Shown here: one piece after another, positions 1 to 11,325 of the stretch
Numbering within the stretch: position 1 is the stretch's first letter
Layout of the letters: every line of letters begins with the position of its first letter
DNA from: Eledone cirrhosa
Taxonomy: Eukaryota
DNA length: 64,000 nt
Direction: 5' to 3'
Assembly (NCBI GenBank): GCA_964016885.1
Contig: OZ024753.1
Span: forward strand, 16,864,001-16,928,000
Translations under genes and position numbers: made by a program
The notes under the pieces: generated by a model
Database searches by the model: none
The model's input: only the letters and a program-made list of their open reading frames with translations
What the model was told of the DNA's origin: nothing

Positions 1-99
1 ATATACACACCCTGTATAAACCTACATATATACACACTGTAAAACCTACATATACACACTGTAAAACCTACATATACACACCTGTAAAACCTACATATG
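1..99. repeat. ~25-bp tandem repeat (acactgtaaaacctacatatatac), running off the window start
   Basis: About four near-identical units are directly visible. Confidence 0.8.
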
Positions 100-399
100 C
101 CCCCTTGTCATGGGGAGAGAGCTTAAGTCCGTGTGAAGGGCTGTACGAGAAATGCAGCATCATCCGATACCCTTCTTTCTGGGCGGCCGTTGTTTTGGTA
201 GGTTTTACCAGACTTGGGAGGTCTTCCGTGCAAGGATGAACCAAGCGCATAGAAATAAAAAAATTTTAAATGTAAGTTTTTAAGAATAGGTTATATATCC
301 GGGTACATGACCCTGCTTAACATGGGCGTCGAAGGAAGCCAAGTGAGGTCCCTCAATCAACCACTACGAGTCATCTCGGCTCCTCAGGGCAAAGAGGTA

Positions 400-1610
400 T
401 TGCTTTATGGTGTGGCTAAAGGACTGGGCCCACGCCATCGCAAGACAGCTGGTCCACTCAGCAACGACTGACTTGATTCCCACTATGACCCTTAGGCGCA
501 ATTCAGGCTGCAAATTCTTGCTGGACCCTAACCCTAACCCTATTCTTGCAAGGAAATCAGCTTCCCCGTCACTTGGTGGAGGGCTGTGGTGTCGTCAACT
601 CAAGTTGACATGGCTGTACTGATTCCATGTGAAACCCTTCTGCTTCACTGTCCACTTTGTCCACATCACTTCACATCTCCAGTTCCTTGGGGGCAACATC
701 AGCGGGATCGCCAGGGGTCGGTCCGTCCGACATTCTGGTGTCATCGGTGTAGCTGGGAGAGCGGTCCCCTTACATTTGATCAGAGTCCATGCAGGTCATT
801 GTTCAGGGGAGCCGCGTATCGTTGACGCTGCCGTCCTGACGGAACACCAACAGAAGTGTGGCATATGTGGCAGGGCATACGCCATGGCGTCTGGTCTATT
901 GTAGCACATGCGACACAGGCACCCAGATGAAGCAGATGCTAGACAAATTTCTAGTGCTGGCAAGGAGCTGGCAAGGAAATGGGAGGGCAAGAATGGCAGA
1001 GCCTGAGACCCGTCGCTGCTGCTGGTCTAACAAAGAGATTGAGATTCTGAGGGCAAAAAGTGTGGAACTCATTTGGGATGGCATCCATGTTGTGAATGTG
1101 GCTCTTGAGAACTTTCTTCCCAGCAAGACACGTAAGCAGATAAGTGACAAGTGACAAGACCTGATAGCGAAAGACAGGCCCACCCACGTGGCCTAGTGGC
1201 GACTGGCTCCAGACAGCGATACTGGGGCGATAATTAGCCCACCTGATGGGGATCAATTCCACATCAGTGGCGGCACTGAGGGTGACTCAGGGAGGTGTTT
1301 CTCCCAGGAACAATTCATGGAGAGGCTGCTTTGTTGACACTGTAGTCCCTGGCTGCTCAGTGACCTTCATGGTGTGGTTGATTAGTCTTCTCAAGGAGGA
1401 CACAATGGATGCCTGGGTGGCCTTTTCCAACCACCTCCTTGACGGGTGGATGAGGGAACTCAGGGCTTCCAAACACCATCATCCTCAAAGGGTACCGAAA
1501 CATAGGTGCAGGGCCATAGATAGATGTGGCTCCCACCGAGAGAGGAGGCACGATCGGCGAGCTCTTTATGCCTGATACCAGGGTCTCTTTGAGCGAAACA
1601 GAGGCTCCTA
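400..1610 (+). mobile_element. Degenerate N-terminal fragment of an R2-like non-LTR retrotransposon (zinc fingers + Myb-like domain)
   Basis: Broken + frames give CPLCPHHF...GQHQ, CHRCSW and CGICGRAYAMASGLL*HMRHRH (C2H2-like), then WSNKEIEIL...LENFLPSKTRKQISDK (Myb-like). This order is typical of R2 N-termini. Stops and frameshifts are present and no RT is seen. Confidence 0.65.
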
Positions 1611-1699
1611 ACAGTTATACCTATTGTAAAACCTACACACACACATACATACAAACACATGCCTTCTCATGCCACATGTGGACATTATATATATATATA

Positions 1700-1821
1700 A
1701 TAGATCCGCTAAGGTGAAACAATTGTTCTCGGTATGGTGAACTAACTGTTGTGTAACCACTTCTACCAAACTCGTCCCATGGACTGAGTGCTCTACCACT
1801 ACGGATATTACCTTCCAGTGT

Positions 1822-1822
<1 letters not shown>
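1700..1822 (+). mobile_element. Short Penelope-like tail fragment beginning with a half hammerhead motif
   Basis: GAAA followed by palindromic CAATTG and TT, a downstream GAGTGCTC motif like other tail families here, and microsatellite flanks. Confidence 0.35.
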
Positions 1823-1872
<50 letters not shown>

Positions 1873-2104
1873 CTTATAGACATGATTAAAAAACATCTTC
1901 TATGATTTTAGTAAGATAGAGACATAGAACTGAATCTGATTGTGTGGAGACTGTTGAACCTTGTTGTTTATATGTGTGTCTGTGTTTATATCCTGTAACA
2001 TGTATTGAAGTTGATATGGTCAACTAATTCCCTTTGAAGGATTGCCCCATCATGGCCATAATCTAATGACTAAAACCAGTGTATGCATATATATATATAT
2101 ATAT

Positions 2105-2294
2105 GAAAAAGTTTGACCCCGACGGCAGAGCTCAAGCCATTTCGACGGCTATTTCTGGACAGAAATAGCCGTTGAAATGGCTTGAGCTCTACCGTCGGGG
2201 TCAAACATTTTCCTATTACCCACTCTACTACCCTAAGTATTGAGTACTCTGGTGCGTTATGGTCCATCTGTTTCCTTACCACAACTCCTTCGTT
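2105..2294 (+). mobile_element. Fold-back mini-element, family A copy 1 (hairpin + ~80-bp tail) in (TA)n
   Basis: ~108-bp near-perfect palindrome at 2105-2212, then a tail ...gagtactctggtgcg...; homologous to 11012-11207 and 34187-34383. Confidence 0.8.
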
Positions 2295-2419
2295 ATATAT
2301 ATATATATATATCTCTATATATATATATATATAGATAGATAGATATATATATATAGATATATAAGAGTAAACAAGCCATCATTTAAGGTAAACCAAGAAG
2401 AGGTTACGAGTAATCTGTG

Positions 2420-2598
2420 CCGTGGAAACAATGTTTCCATTGGTCTTTCCGTTGATACTATCTAGCAGTCGCAACTCCTGCTGGCAGAAAGAACGTGAAA
2501 TAAAGTGTCTTGCTCAAGGCATAACACATTAACCAGTCCAGGAATTGAACTCACAACCTCACAATTGCAAACATAACTCTCTAACTACTAAGCCATCA
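2420..2598 (-). mobile_element. tRNA-derived CORE-like SINE
   Basis: Reverse complement has A/B boxes (tggcttagtagttag; gagttcaattcc) and ccttgagcaagacactttatttcac. Confidence 0.75.
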
Positions 2599-2613
2599 AT
2601 ATAAGTATTGATA

Positions 2614-2943
2614 TGGAGGCACATGGCTTAGTGGTTAGAGCATTGGCCTTGCAATCGAAAGGTTGTGAGTTCAATTCTCAGACCGGGTGATGTGTTGTTT
2701 ACTTGAGCAAGACACTTTATTTCACATTGCTCCAGTTTACTCAGCTGTAGAAATGAGATGGTAGGGACTGGGGTCCCTATCATTCCACTGTTAAGTGGTC
2801 ATGGAGTGCCACGGAAAAAAAGCACATTGTAAATGAGGTTGGTGTTAGGAAGAGTATCCAGCTGTAGAAATCAAGCCAGAATCAGTTCCCGTCCCACCCT
2901 TGCAAGCAGGGAAAAGCGAACGTAAAAATGGTGATGATGATGA
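2614..2943 (+). mobile_element. tRNA-derived CORE-like SINE with RTE-type 3' tail and (GAT)n end
   Basis: A box tggcttagtggttag, B box gagttcaattc, ttgagcaagacactt core; the tail matches the RTE 3' UTR at 13120-13290. Confidence 0.75.
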
Positions 2944-3224
2944 TTCCCGAAGCCTTCTTTAGATATTTGCCAAATCATTACTTGACAGTAAAAGTTAAAC
3001 TCTTTCTTAACAAAATGTGGGAGCTTAGAAATAAAACTGTGTTGTGGAACATGACAGTAACGGTCTAAATATTATTTTTTCTTCTGATAATGTTTACATG
3101 TCAGATAATTATAGATTACTTTAGATATATTGATTTTCAGTTTAGGAATAAACTTGAAAATAAATCAACAAAATTAAGTTGAAAAAAAAATAAAACAAAC
3201 ATAGCAAATGTATTATTTTACACC

Positions 3225-3652
3225 ATACACATACACATATATACACATATATATACATATATATACACACAGATACATACATATAAATATAGGTATATAT
3301 ATGTGTATATATGTGTGTGTCTATGTAGGTATATATATGTGTATATAGGTATATATATGTGTATATATATATGTGTGTATATATACACATATATATACAC
3401 ACATGTATACACACATACACATACACACACACACATATATATATACATTATACACATACGCATATATATATATATACACATACACATATATGCACACACA
3501 CACATATATGCACACACACACACATATATACACACATATATATATATACACACATACATATATATACATACACATACACACACACATATGTATGCACATA
3601 CACATATACACACACATATAAATATACACATACACACAAAAATATATACATA
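3225..3652. repeat. Compound (TA)/(CA) microsatellite
   Basis: Directly visible. Confidence 0.9.
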
Positions 3653-3790
3653 CACTGTAAACGTGGTTGGTATTAGGAAGAGCAGACAGTCCTATGCGAG
3701 CAAGACAACCACTCTTGCCTCAAGTGGGAAAACTCCCGTCCAAACCCATGCAAGTGTGGAATATGGACGTTAAACGATGATGATGATGAT
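3653..3790 (+). mobile_element. RTE LINE 3' UTR fragment
   Basis: Matches 13125-13290 (gtggttggt.ttaggaag...aaacccatgcaag..tggaatatggacgttaaacgatgatg). Confidence 0.75.
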
Positions 3791-4265
3791 ATATATAGTT
3801 CAAGGAAACAACAAAACAGATACAAATATCTTATTAGTTTCACGCCTTATATGTAAAATAGGAAAGAAAGATTGATGTGTTGGGCTTTAGCCCTTCTTCA
3901 CGAGTATAGATAGATACAGAAAATAGTATATATATATATATATATATATATATAGGAAATGTATTATTTTATACTACACACATATATATACACACACACA
4001 TAAATACATACAGACTCTCTTATATATATACACGCACACACACACACAACTATTTAACATCTATTTTCCATGCATGGATGAGACAGTTTGACAGTCACAT
4101 TCTGACAGTCAGGTGACCACATCTTGATTTTATGTATATATATATATATATATACGAAATTTAATATATATATATACGAAATTTTATGTATATATATATA
4201 TATACATACGAAATTTAATTTTGTTTCGTTATTTGTTTTTATATATATATATATATATTTATATA

Positions 4266-4585
4266 GCAGACAAGTTGAGAGAGAAACTGTGTATAAGAGG
4301 GATAGGCTCTAGTGTGCAGGAGAGGAGACTGAGGTGGTATGGACATATGATGCGCATGGAGGATGACTGCTGGGTAAAGAAGTGCCAAGAAATCCCAGTA
4401 GAAGGAAGACGCAGTAGAGGAAGACCACATAAAAGATGGGCAGAGGTGATGAGAGTGGACCTCAGATCACTGAAGCTCACAGAAGAGATGACAAGGACAG
4501 TGACAAGTGGAGAGATGCTGTGCTGAATAGGACCCGTCCCACCCTTGCAAGCAGGGAAAAGCGGACAGAAAATGATGATGATGAT
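4266..4585 (+). mobile_element. 5'-truncated RTE LINE (ORF C-terminus + short 3' tail)
   Basis: RRLRWYGHMMRM...VEGRRSRGRPHKRW is the RTE C-terminal motif; ends in (GAT)n. Confidence 0.85.
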
Positions 4586-5154
4586 ATATATATATATATA
4601 TATATACAGTAAGCTATTAATGTATTGTTAAATATGTTGAACAATTAGCTACTACACAAGATTAAATATTACTTAAGTGTTCATAAAATATACACATGTG
4701 AAAGTGTCTTTGTACACTCATGTGGATGTATATATATGTGTGTGTGTATATACATCTATATATATATATATACATATATATGTGTGTGTGTATGAACATC
4801 TATAAATATGTATATATATATATATATTTGTATAAATATGTATACATCTATAAATATATATATATATATATATATAGTGTGCGTGTGCTCAAATAAGACC
4901 AGCTGGGACCTAGGGTGACTGTTGACTTTATAAACTTATTCAGACTTTTAAACTAAATGGAATGGCACGTCCCCTCCACCGACCCCTTTTAACCCCCCTC
5001 CGTCTCTCCCCTCTCCCTGTCTCTCTCCTCCCCCACTCTACCCCCGCCCCGTCTCTCAATTGCCATTTGTAATGTATTTCATTTTGTCTCACTTGAAGAG
5101 GTGGCGGTAGGGAAGGTGGGGATGGTGATGGTGGGGAAGGCGCCGGTAATCACG

Positions 5155-5396
5155 CTGACACACACATACTGACATATATATACATTAACACACACTAACA
5201 CATACACACTAACACATACACACTAACATATATACACTAACATATATACACTAACATACACACACTACACACATATATAGACATAGATATAGACATATAT
5301 AGACATATACAGACATATATATACATATATAGACATATACAGACATATATATACATATATAGACATATATATATACATATATAGACATATATAGAC

Positions 5397-5427
<31 letters not shown>

Positions 5428-5626
5428 TATACAGACATATAGACATATATAGACATATACAGACATATATATACATATATAGACATATAGATACATATAT
5501 AGACATATAGATACATATATAGACATATATAGACATATATATATATAGACATATATATATAGACATATATAGACATATATATACATATATATATAGACAT
5601 ATATAGACATATATATAGACATATAC

Positions 5627-5661
<35 letters not shown>

Positions 5662-5785
5662 TATATAGACATATAGACATATATAGACATAGATACATAT
5701 ATATATACACACACACTACACACACACACACATATATATATATATACACATGCTACACACATATATATATAGACATATATATATA
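5155..5785. repeat. Compound microsatellite (CA/TA, AGACATAT-type units)
   Basis: Directly visible. Confidence 0.9.
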
Positions 5786-5914
5786 GAACCTTCTCTTATT
5801 TCCTTTGTTCAACTTGTTTAGGCAAGAAATACTCTCTCAGATCTGAAGTTCTGTTAAAACTAAAATTGTTGAAATACAGTTAGATGTTTAATTACACACA
5901 TGCACAGACATACA

Positions 5915-6390
5915 TGCACACACACACACACACACACACTCTCTCTCTATATATATATTTTCCACACACTCACACACACACTCTCTCTCTATATATATAT
6001 TTTCCACACACATACACACACACTCTCTCTCTCTATATATATATTTTCCACACACACACACACTCTCTCTCTCTATATATATTTTCCACACACACACACA
6101 CACACACACTCTCTCTATATATATATTTTCCACACACACACACACACACTCACACACACTCTCTCTCTATATATATATTTTCCACACACTCACACACACA
6201 CACTCTCTCTCTCTCTCTATATATATTTTCCACACACACACACACACACACACTATCTCTCTATATATATTTTCCACACACACACACACACACTCTCTCT
6301 CTATATATATATATATTTTCCACACACATACACACACTCTCTCTCTCTATATATATTTTCCACACACACACACATACACATACATATATG
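5915..6390. repeat. Minisatellite built from microsatellites: [(CA)n(CT)n(AT)n TTTC]x~12
   Basis: Recurring ~38-46-bp compound unit. Confidence 0.85.
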
Positions 6391-6480
6391 TAGCTTTGTT
6401 TTTTATGACACTGTGAATGAGTTGGGGTGCATAATCCAACGAAACTTAAGTACTTGTATATATCACTGTTATAACTAATT

Positions 6481-6569
<89 letters not shown>

Positions 6570-6692
6570 GGAGGTGAGTTTTATTGTAGTACAATAAAGC
6601 AATGCAGATATCGGATAAGAAGCACTCTACAGTTTGTGGGACTGGAGTATGCATAATATAAGATCAAAAGATGGTTAAAGGAGTTCCATATA

Positions 6693-6759
6693 TTTTGTTA
6701 TGCGCATTTCAAAAACAAACATCATCATGCAATAATATTTGTGTTTTCATCAGATAAAA
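6693..6759 (-). ncRNA. Minimal type I hammerhead ribozyme motif (inverted arm copy)
   Basis: Reverse complement: TTTTAT-CTGATGA-stem II-GAAA-TGCGCA-TA-ACAAAA, with one stem I mismatch. Confidence 0.75.
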
Positions 6760-7410
6760 CAGGAGAACATGATATGAAGGCTAAAAAACACTTGTGGATA
6801 GTGCAGTTTTAAATCAACATATGAAAAGTGGTTTTAGATTGATGTGTGATATTGGGAAAAATATTTTATTTAGAGAGGAGGGGGGGGGGGTGAAAAGGGA
6901 AGGAGATGAGAGGGAGAGATGGGTGATAGAGAGAAAGAGATAGTTTTTATAACTGAGAGGAGATATATTTTTTACATAGAGAGGTTGAAAACCGTTGGAA
7001 GATACTGTATAAATTAAAAATTTTGAAAATTAACGAAGGGAGGATATGTGCGAGGAAAAAATATTTTATTTAGGGAGGGGGGGTGGAAAGGATGAAAAAA
7101 AGGGGGAGGAGATGAGAGTGAAGGTGGAGAGGGAGAGATGGGTGATAGAGAGAAAGAGATAGTTTTTATAACTGAGAAAAAGATATATTGTTTGAATATA
7201 GAGAGGTTGGGAACCGTTGGAAGATAATGTATAAATTAAAGGAATTTGAAAATTAACGAAGGGAAATTATGTATGAAGATAGAGAGAAAAAAATAATAAT
7301 TGTGGGTGAATATTCTAACGTCAAAAAAAGAAATGTATGTATTGTGGCAATTTCAAAATTAGCGAAGAGAAAAATTGTTAAGGTTTGTGTGTAGAAGGAT
7401 TTGAGAAAAA

Positions 7411-8845
7411 CAACGAATATTGGACCAGAGCCGATACCTCTAACAACTTCGACATCACAATGGGAGCATCCGATTCATCCCAATTGACTGATTTAATTGG
7501 TATCTTCATTTTGAACTCTTTGAGTCGGAAAATTCCTCAACTTCGCGGTGGAATTTATCGTGACGATGGACTCTTTACTATCCTAAATTGCAATATAGTT
7601 AAACTTAATATTATTAAGAACAATATACGTAATCTCTTTAACCAACATAACCTAAAAATTGAATTTGATAATAGTATCAAACTAGCTAATTTCTTGGATG
7701 TATCTCTTAATCTTGACACTGGCCTATATTACCCTTACCATAAAAACAATGAGAACCTTAATTATGTTAACTTTAAATCTAACCATCCTACCAATATCAA
7801 GAATGCTATAGTTAATAATATTGGAAATAGAATATCTAACATATCTTCTAATAAAAACATCTTTGATGCTAACGCCAATTACTATAATAATGCACTTTCT
7901 AAAGCCGGCTATCCAGATAAAATCAAATATAATAAAGAAACAAATTCTAGAAAAACTTACAGTAGAATAATTAATCATGACCATTCCAATAATTTTAATA
8001 AAAGACCTAGATACAAAAACATAATCTGGTATAATGCTCCTTTCTCCATCTCTATTAATAACAATATTCCTAAATTATTTTTTAGTGCCTTAAATAAATG
8101 CTTCCCTCCCTCACATATCTATAGTAAAATATTTAACAAACACACCATCAAATTTTCGTATTCTACATCCTCCAATATTTCCAACATCATCTCTAAACAC
8201 AACAACAAAATACTAAATACTAATTCTCTTCCTTCCAATATTGAATTTCATAATAACAGTAATAGTACTCCCGACGTCATTGTAAACCCTAGGCTAACTT
8301 CTGTAAACCCAAATACAACGTCAAACACAACTTCGCTAAATGTTCATAATCCAACTCTAAATCAAGAAACTATTATTCCTATTATTCCTATCGCAAACAA
8401 CTTCTCCAATCCAATTCCTTCTATAGATAACACTAGATCACTCATTAATAATCTCTCTAATTGCAACTGCCGCATTAAAAATAAATGTCCTCTCAACAAC
8501 CATTGTCTCGATAAAAACTTAATTTATGAATGTAAAATTATAACTAGCACCAATTCCTTCACCTATTTTGGCTCCACTTCCACCTCTTTTAAAGCTCGTC
8601 TCTATAATCATCATTCATCTTTCAAATACAAACTTAAAAGAACTAACACTGCTCTCTCAGAACTCATATGGTCCTTAAAAGACAAAAACATTAAATATAC
8701 CATCTTTTGGAAGAAGATTTCTTCTGCATCCTCATACTTGAACAGCTCTCTATCTAAAATCTGTAATCTCTGCCTAAATGAAAAATTTACCATTATCTCT
8801 AACCTAGATTCTATAATAAATAGACGCACAGATTTGCCTGCATAA
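7411..8845 (+). CDS. Penelope-like reverse transcriptase (C-terminal half) + Cys linker + GIY-YIG endonuclease, 5'-truncated
   Basis: FDITMGASDS, GIYRDDGL, NFLDVSLNL, YVNFKSNHP, IIWYNAPFS, CNCRIKNKCPLNNHC, LIY...TYFGST...FKARLYNH, CNLCLNEK. The first few residues of the listed ORF (7385-7410) come from the inverted arm. Confidence 0.9.
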
Positions 8846-9884
8846 ATTCCATAGAACTTTTCACAAAGTATACAGTTAATATTCAATTCTTTATCAATTT
8901 AGAATCTTTTCTCAAAGGCACATATACATACACCTCTTTAAAATATACCCATCTACCTTACTTTAAAGGGCATTATACACTCTATAATACTCGTTTACTC
9001 ATTACCCTCATTCTATCTTCTTGTAAAATCATAACATTTGTTTTGACATTAGAATATTCATCCGCAATCATTATTATTTTTTCTCTCTATCATAAATCTT
9101 TTTAATCTCAATTTCATCCTTAATTTATTATTATTTTTTTCTCCCCATCAACGAACTCATTATTAATACATATTAACTCTTTATTCGCATATATTATCAA
9201 TTCAATCAATATACAAACTTTAACTTCACATTATTTTTCTCAAATCCTTCTACACACAAACCTTAACAATTTTTCTCTTCGCTAATTTTGAAATTGCCAC
9301 AATACATACATTTCTTTTTTTGACGTTAGAATATTCACCCACAATTATTATTTTTTTCTCTCTATCTTCATACATAATTTCCCTTCGTTAATTTTCAAAT
9401 TCCTTTAATTTATACATTATCTTCCAACGGTTCCCAACCTCTCTATATTAAAACAATATATCTTTTTCTCAGTTATAAAAACTATCTCTTTCTCTCTATC
9501 ACCCATCTCTCCCTCTCCACCTTCACTCTCATCTCCTCCCCCTTTTTTTCATCCTTCCCCCCCCCCTCCCTAAATAAAATATTTTTTCCTCGCACATATC
9601 CTCCCTTCGTTAATTTTCAAAATTTTTAATTTATACAGTATCTTCCAACGGTTTTCAACCTCTCTATGTAAAAAATATATCTCCTCTCAGTTATAAAAAC
9701 TATCTCTTTCTCTCTATCACCCATCTCTCCCTCTCATCTCCTTCCCTTTTCATCCTCCCCCCCCTCCTCTCTAAATAAAATATTTTTCCCAATATCACAC
9801 ATCAATCTAAAACCACTTTTCATATGTTGATTTAAAACTGCACTATCCACAAGTGTTTTTTAGCCTTCATATCATGTTCTCCTG

Positions 9885-9951
9885 TTTTATCTGATGAAAA
9901 CACAAATATTATTGCATGATGATGTTTGTTTTTGAAATGCGCATAATAAAA
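9885..9951 (+). ncRNA. Minimal type I hammerhead ribozyme motif
   Basis: TTTTAT-CTGATGA-AAACACAAATA...TGTTTGTTTTT-GAAA-TGCGCA-TA-ATAAAA: intact core, 6-bp stem I, palindromic stem III. Confidence 0.85.
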
Positions 9952-9983
9952 TATATGGAACTCCTTTAACCATCTTTTGATCT

Positions 9984-10032
<49 letters not shown>

Positions 10033-10428
10033 GTTATAACAGTGATATATATACAGGTACTTAATTGGGTACCATCGCCGAATGTTAATAATGGTAGGTT
10101 TTTTTTTATATCGATATTTATCGGGCCTCCACTGATGATTTATAAGTGACCACCTGCATATATTCCTACGGACTATGTGTAGGCTTCTACATAACCTAGA
10201 CATTATTTTCCCAACTTGCAGAAAACTTATAATGAAACGATCGTTTGGAAGGAGAGATGTATTTAATTATGTCTCATATAAAATAATACAACTGGCTATC
10301 CGCAAAATACGTATAGTTAGCACCCCAAATGTATAACTGGGATTATACTAAGGTATATCCTAATGTTTGTTGAGTGAGATGGAAGTCGGTCGGAGTATTG
10401 CTTAAGGCTTTCTCTGTTAATGTATTAA

Positions 10429-10460
<32 letters not shown>

Positions 10461-10500
10461 ATATTTATACATATATATTTATATATATATATATATATAT

Positions 10501-10700
10501 AGTAATAATAAATTTGAAGACTAAAGTACGAAGAGGGCTCGATAAGGATTATATATATATTAAGTATATAAAAATCTGTAGAACAAATATATATTATAAG
10601 TACAGATTAAAGTTTTAGCAAAGAATCATTTCCATCCTTTACATAAAGGATGGAAATGATTCTTTGCTAAAACTTTAATCTGTACTTATAATATATATAT
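10501..10700 (-). mobile_element. Fold-back mini-element, family B copy 1
   Basis: Palindrome at ~10587-10700 centred on ccttt-acat-aaagg; the tail is homologous to 10784-10870 and 34790-34878. Confidence 0.75.
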
Positions 10701-10783
10701 ATATTAGTAATAATGTTTTCTTTATTAACCACAAGGGTTCACATAAAGTAGACATTAAGGACAGTACATGACAATACAGGACG

Positions 10784-11000
10784 GTAATAATAATAAATTT
10801 GAAGACTAAAATCCAAAGAGGGCTCAATAAGGATAAATATATATCAAATATATAAGAACCGTAGAGCAAATATTTATTAAAATAACAGATTAAAGTTTAA
10901 GCAAAGAATCGCTGCTTTCACCCTTAACGGGATCCCGTTAAAGGGTGAAAGCAGCAATTCTTTGCTTAAACTTTAATCTGTTATTTTAATAAATATATAT
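10784..11000 (-). mobile_element. Fold-back mini-element, family B copy 2
   Basis: Palindrome at ~10870-10998 centred on aacgggatcccgtt, plus tail. Confidence 0.8.
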
Positions 11001-11011
11001 ATATATATATA

Positions 11012-11207
11012 TAACGAAGGAAGTGTGGTAAGGAACCAGGTGGACCATATCGCAACAGAGTACTCGATACTTTGGGTAGTAGAGTGGGTAATAGGAAAAG
11101 GTTCAGGACCCTGACGGCAGAGCTCAAGCCGTTTCGATGGCTATTTCAGTCCAGAAATAACTGTCAAAACTGCTTGATCTCTGCCGTCAAGGTCCTGAAC
11201 CTTTTCC
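11012..11207 (-). mobile_element. Fold-back mini-element, family A copy 2
   Basis: Diverged reverse-complement homologue of 2105-2294. Confidence 0.75.
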
Positions 11208-11325
11208 TATATATGTATATATTCCTATTTATTGTAATCTATTGTAAAACTATATTCATTGAGTAATCAATGAACCATATTAATCTTTGGTTATATATAT
11301 ATATATAGATATATATATATATATA

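Larger units (their letters stand above)
6567..9991 (+). mobile_element. Penelope-like element (Naiad-like): 5'-truncated ORF flanked by inverted pLTR/3' UTR arms, inserted in (TA)n
   Basis: RT + GIY-YIG ORF; 6653-7410 is the near-perfect reverse complement of 9234-9991; HHR motif in both arms; (TA)n on both sides. Confidence 0.92.

Noticed and set aside
100-400. HDV-like ribozyme in the presumed R2 5' UTR
   Set aside because: I could not build a convincing nested double pseudoknot by eye; it needs an RNAMotif/Infernal scan.
2614-2690. tRNA gene
   Set aside because: A/B boxes are present, but there is no proper cloverleaf and the sequence continues into a SINE body. The same applies to the other SINE heads.
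10128-10165. CTGATGA as another hammerhead
   Set aside because: There is no downstream GAAA or pairing stems, so at best it is a decayed remnant.
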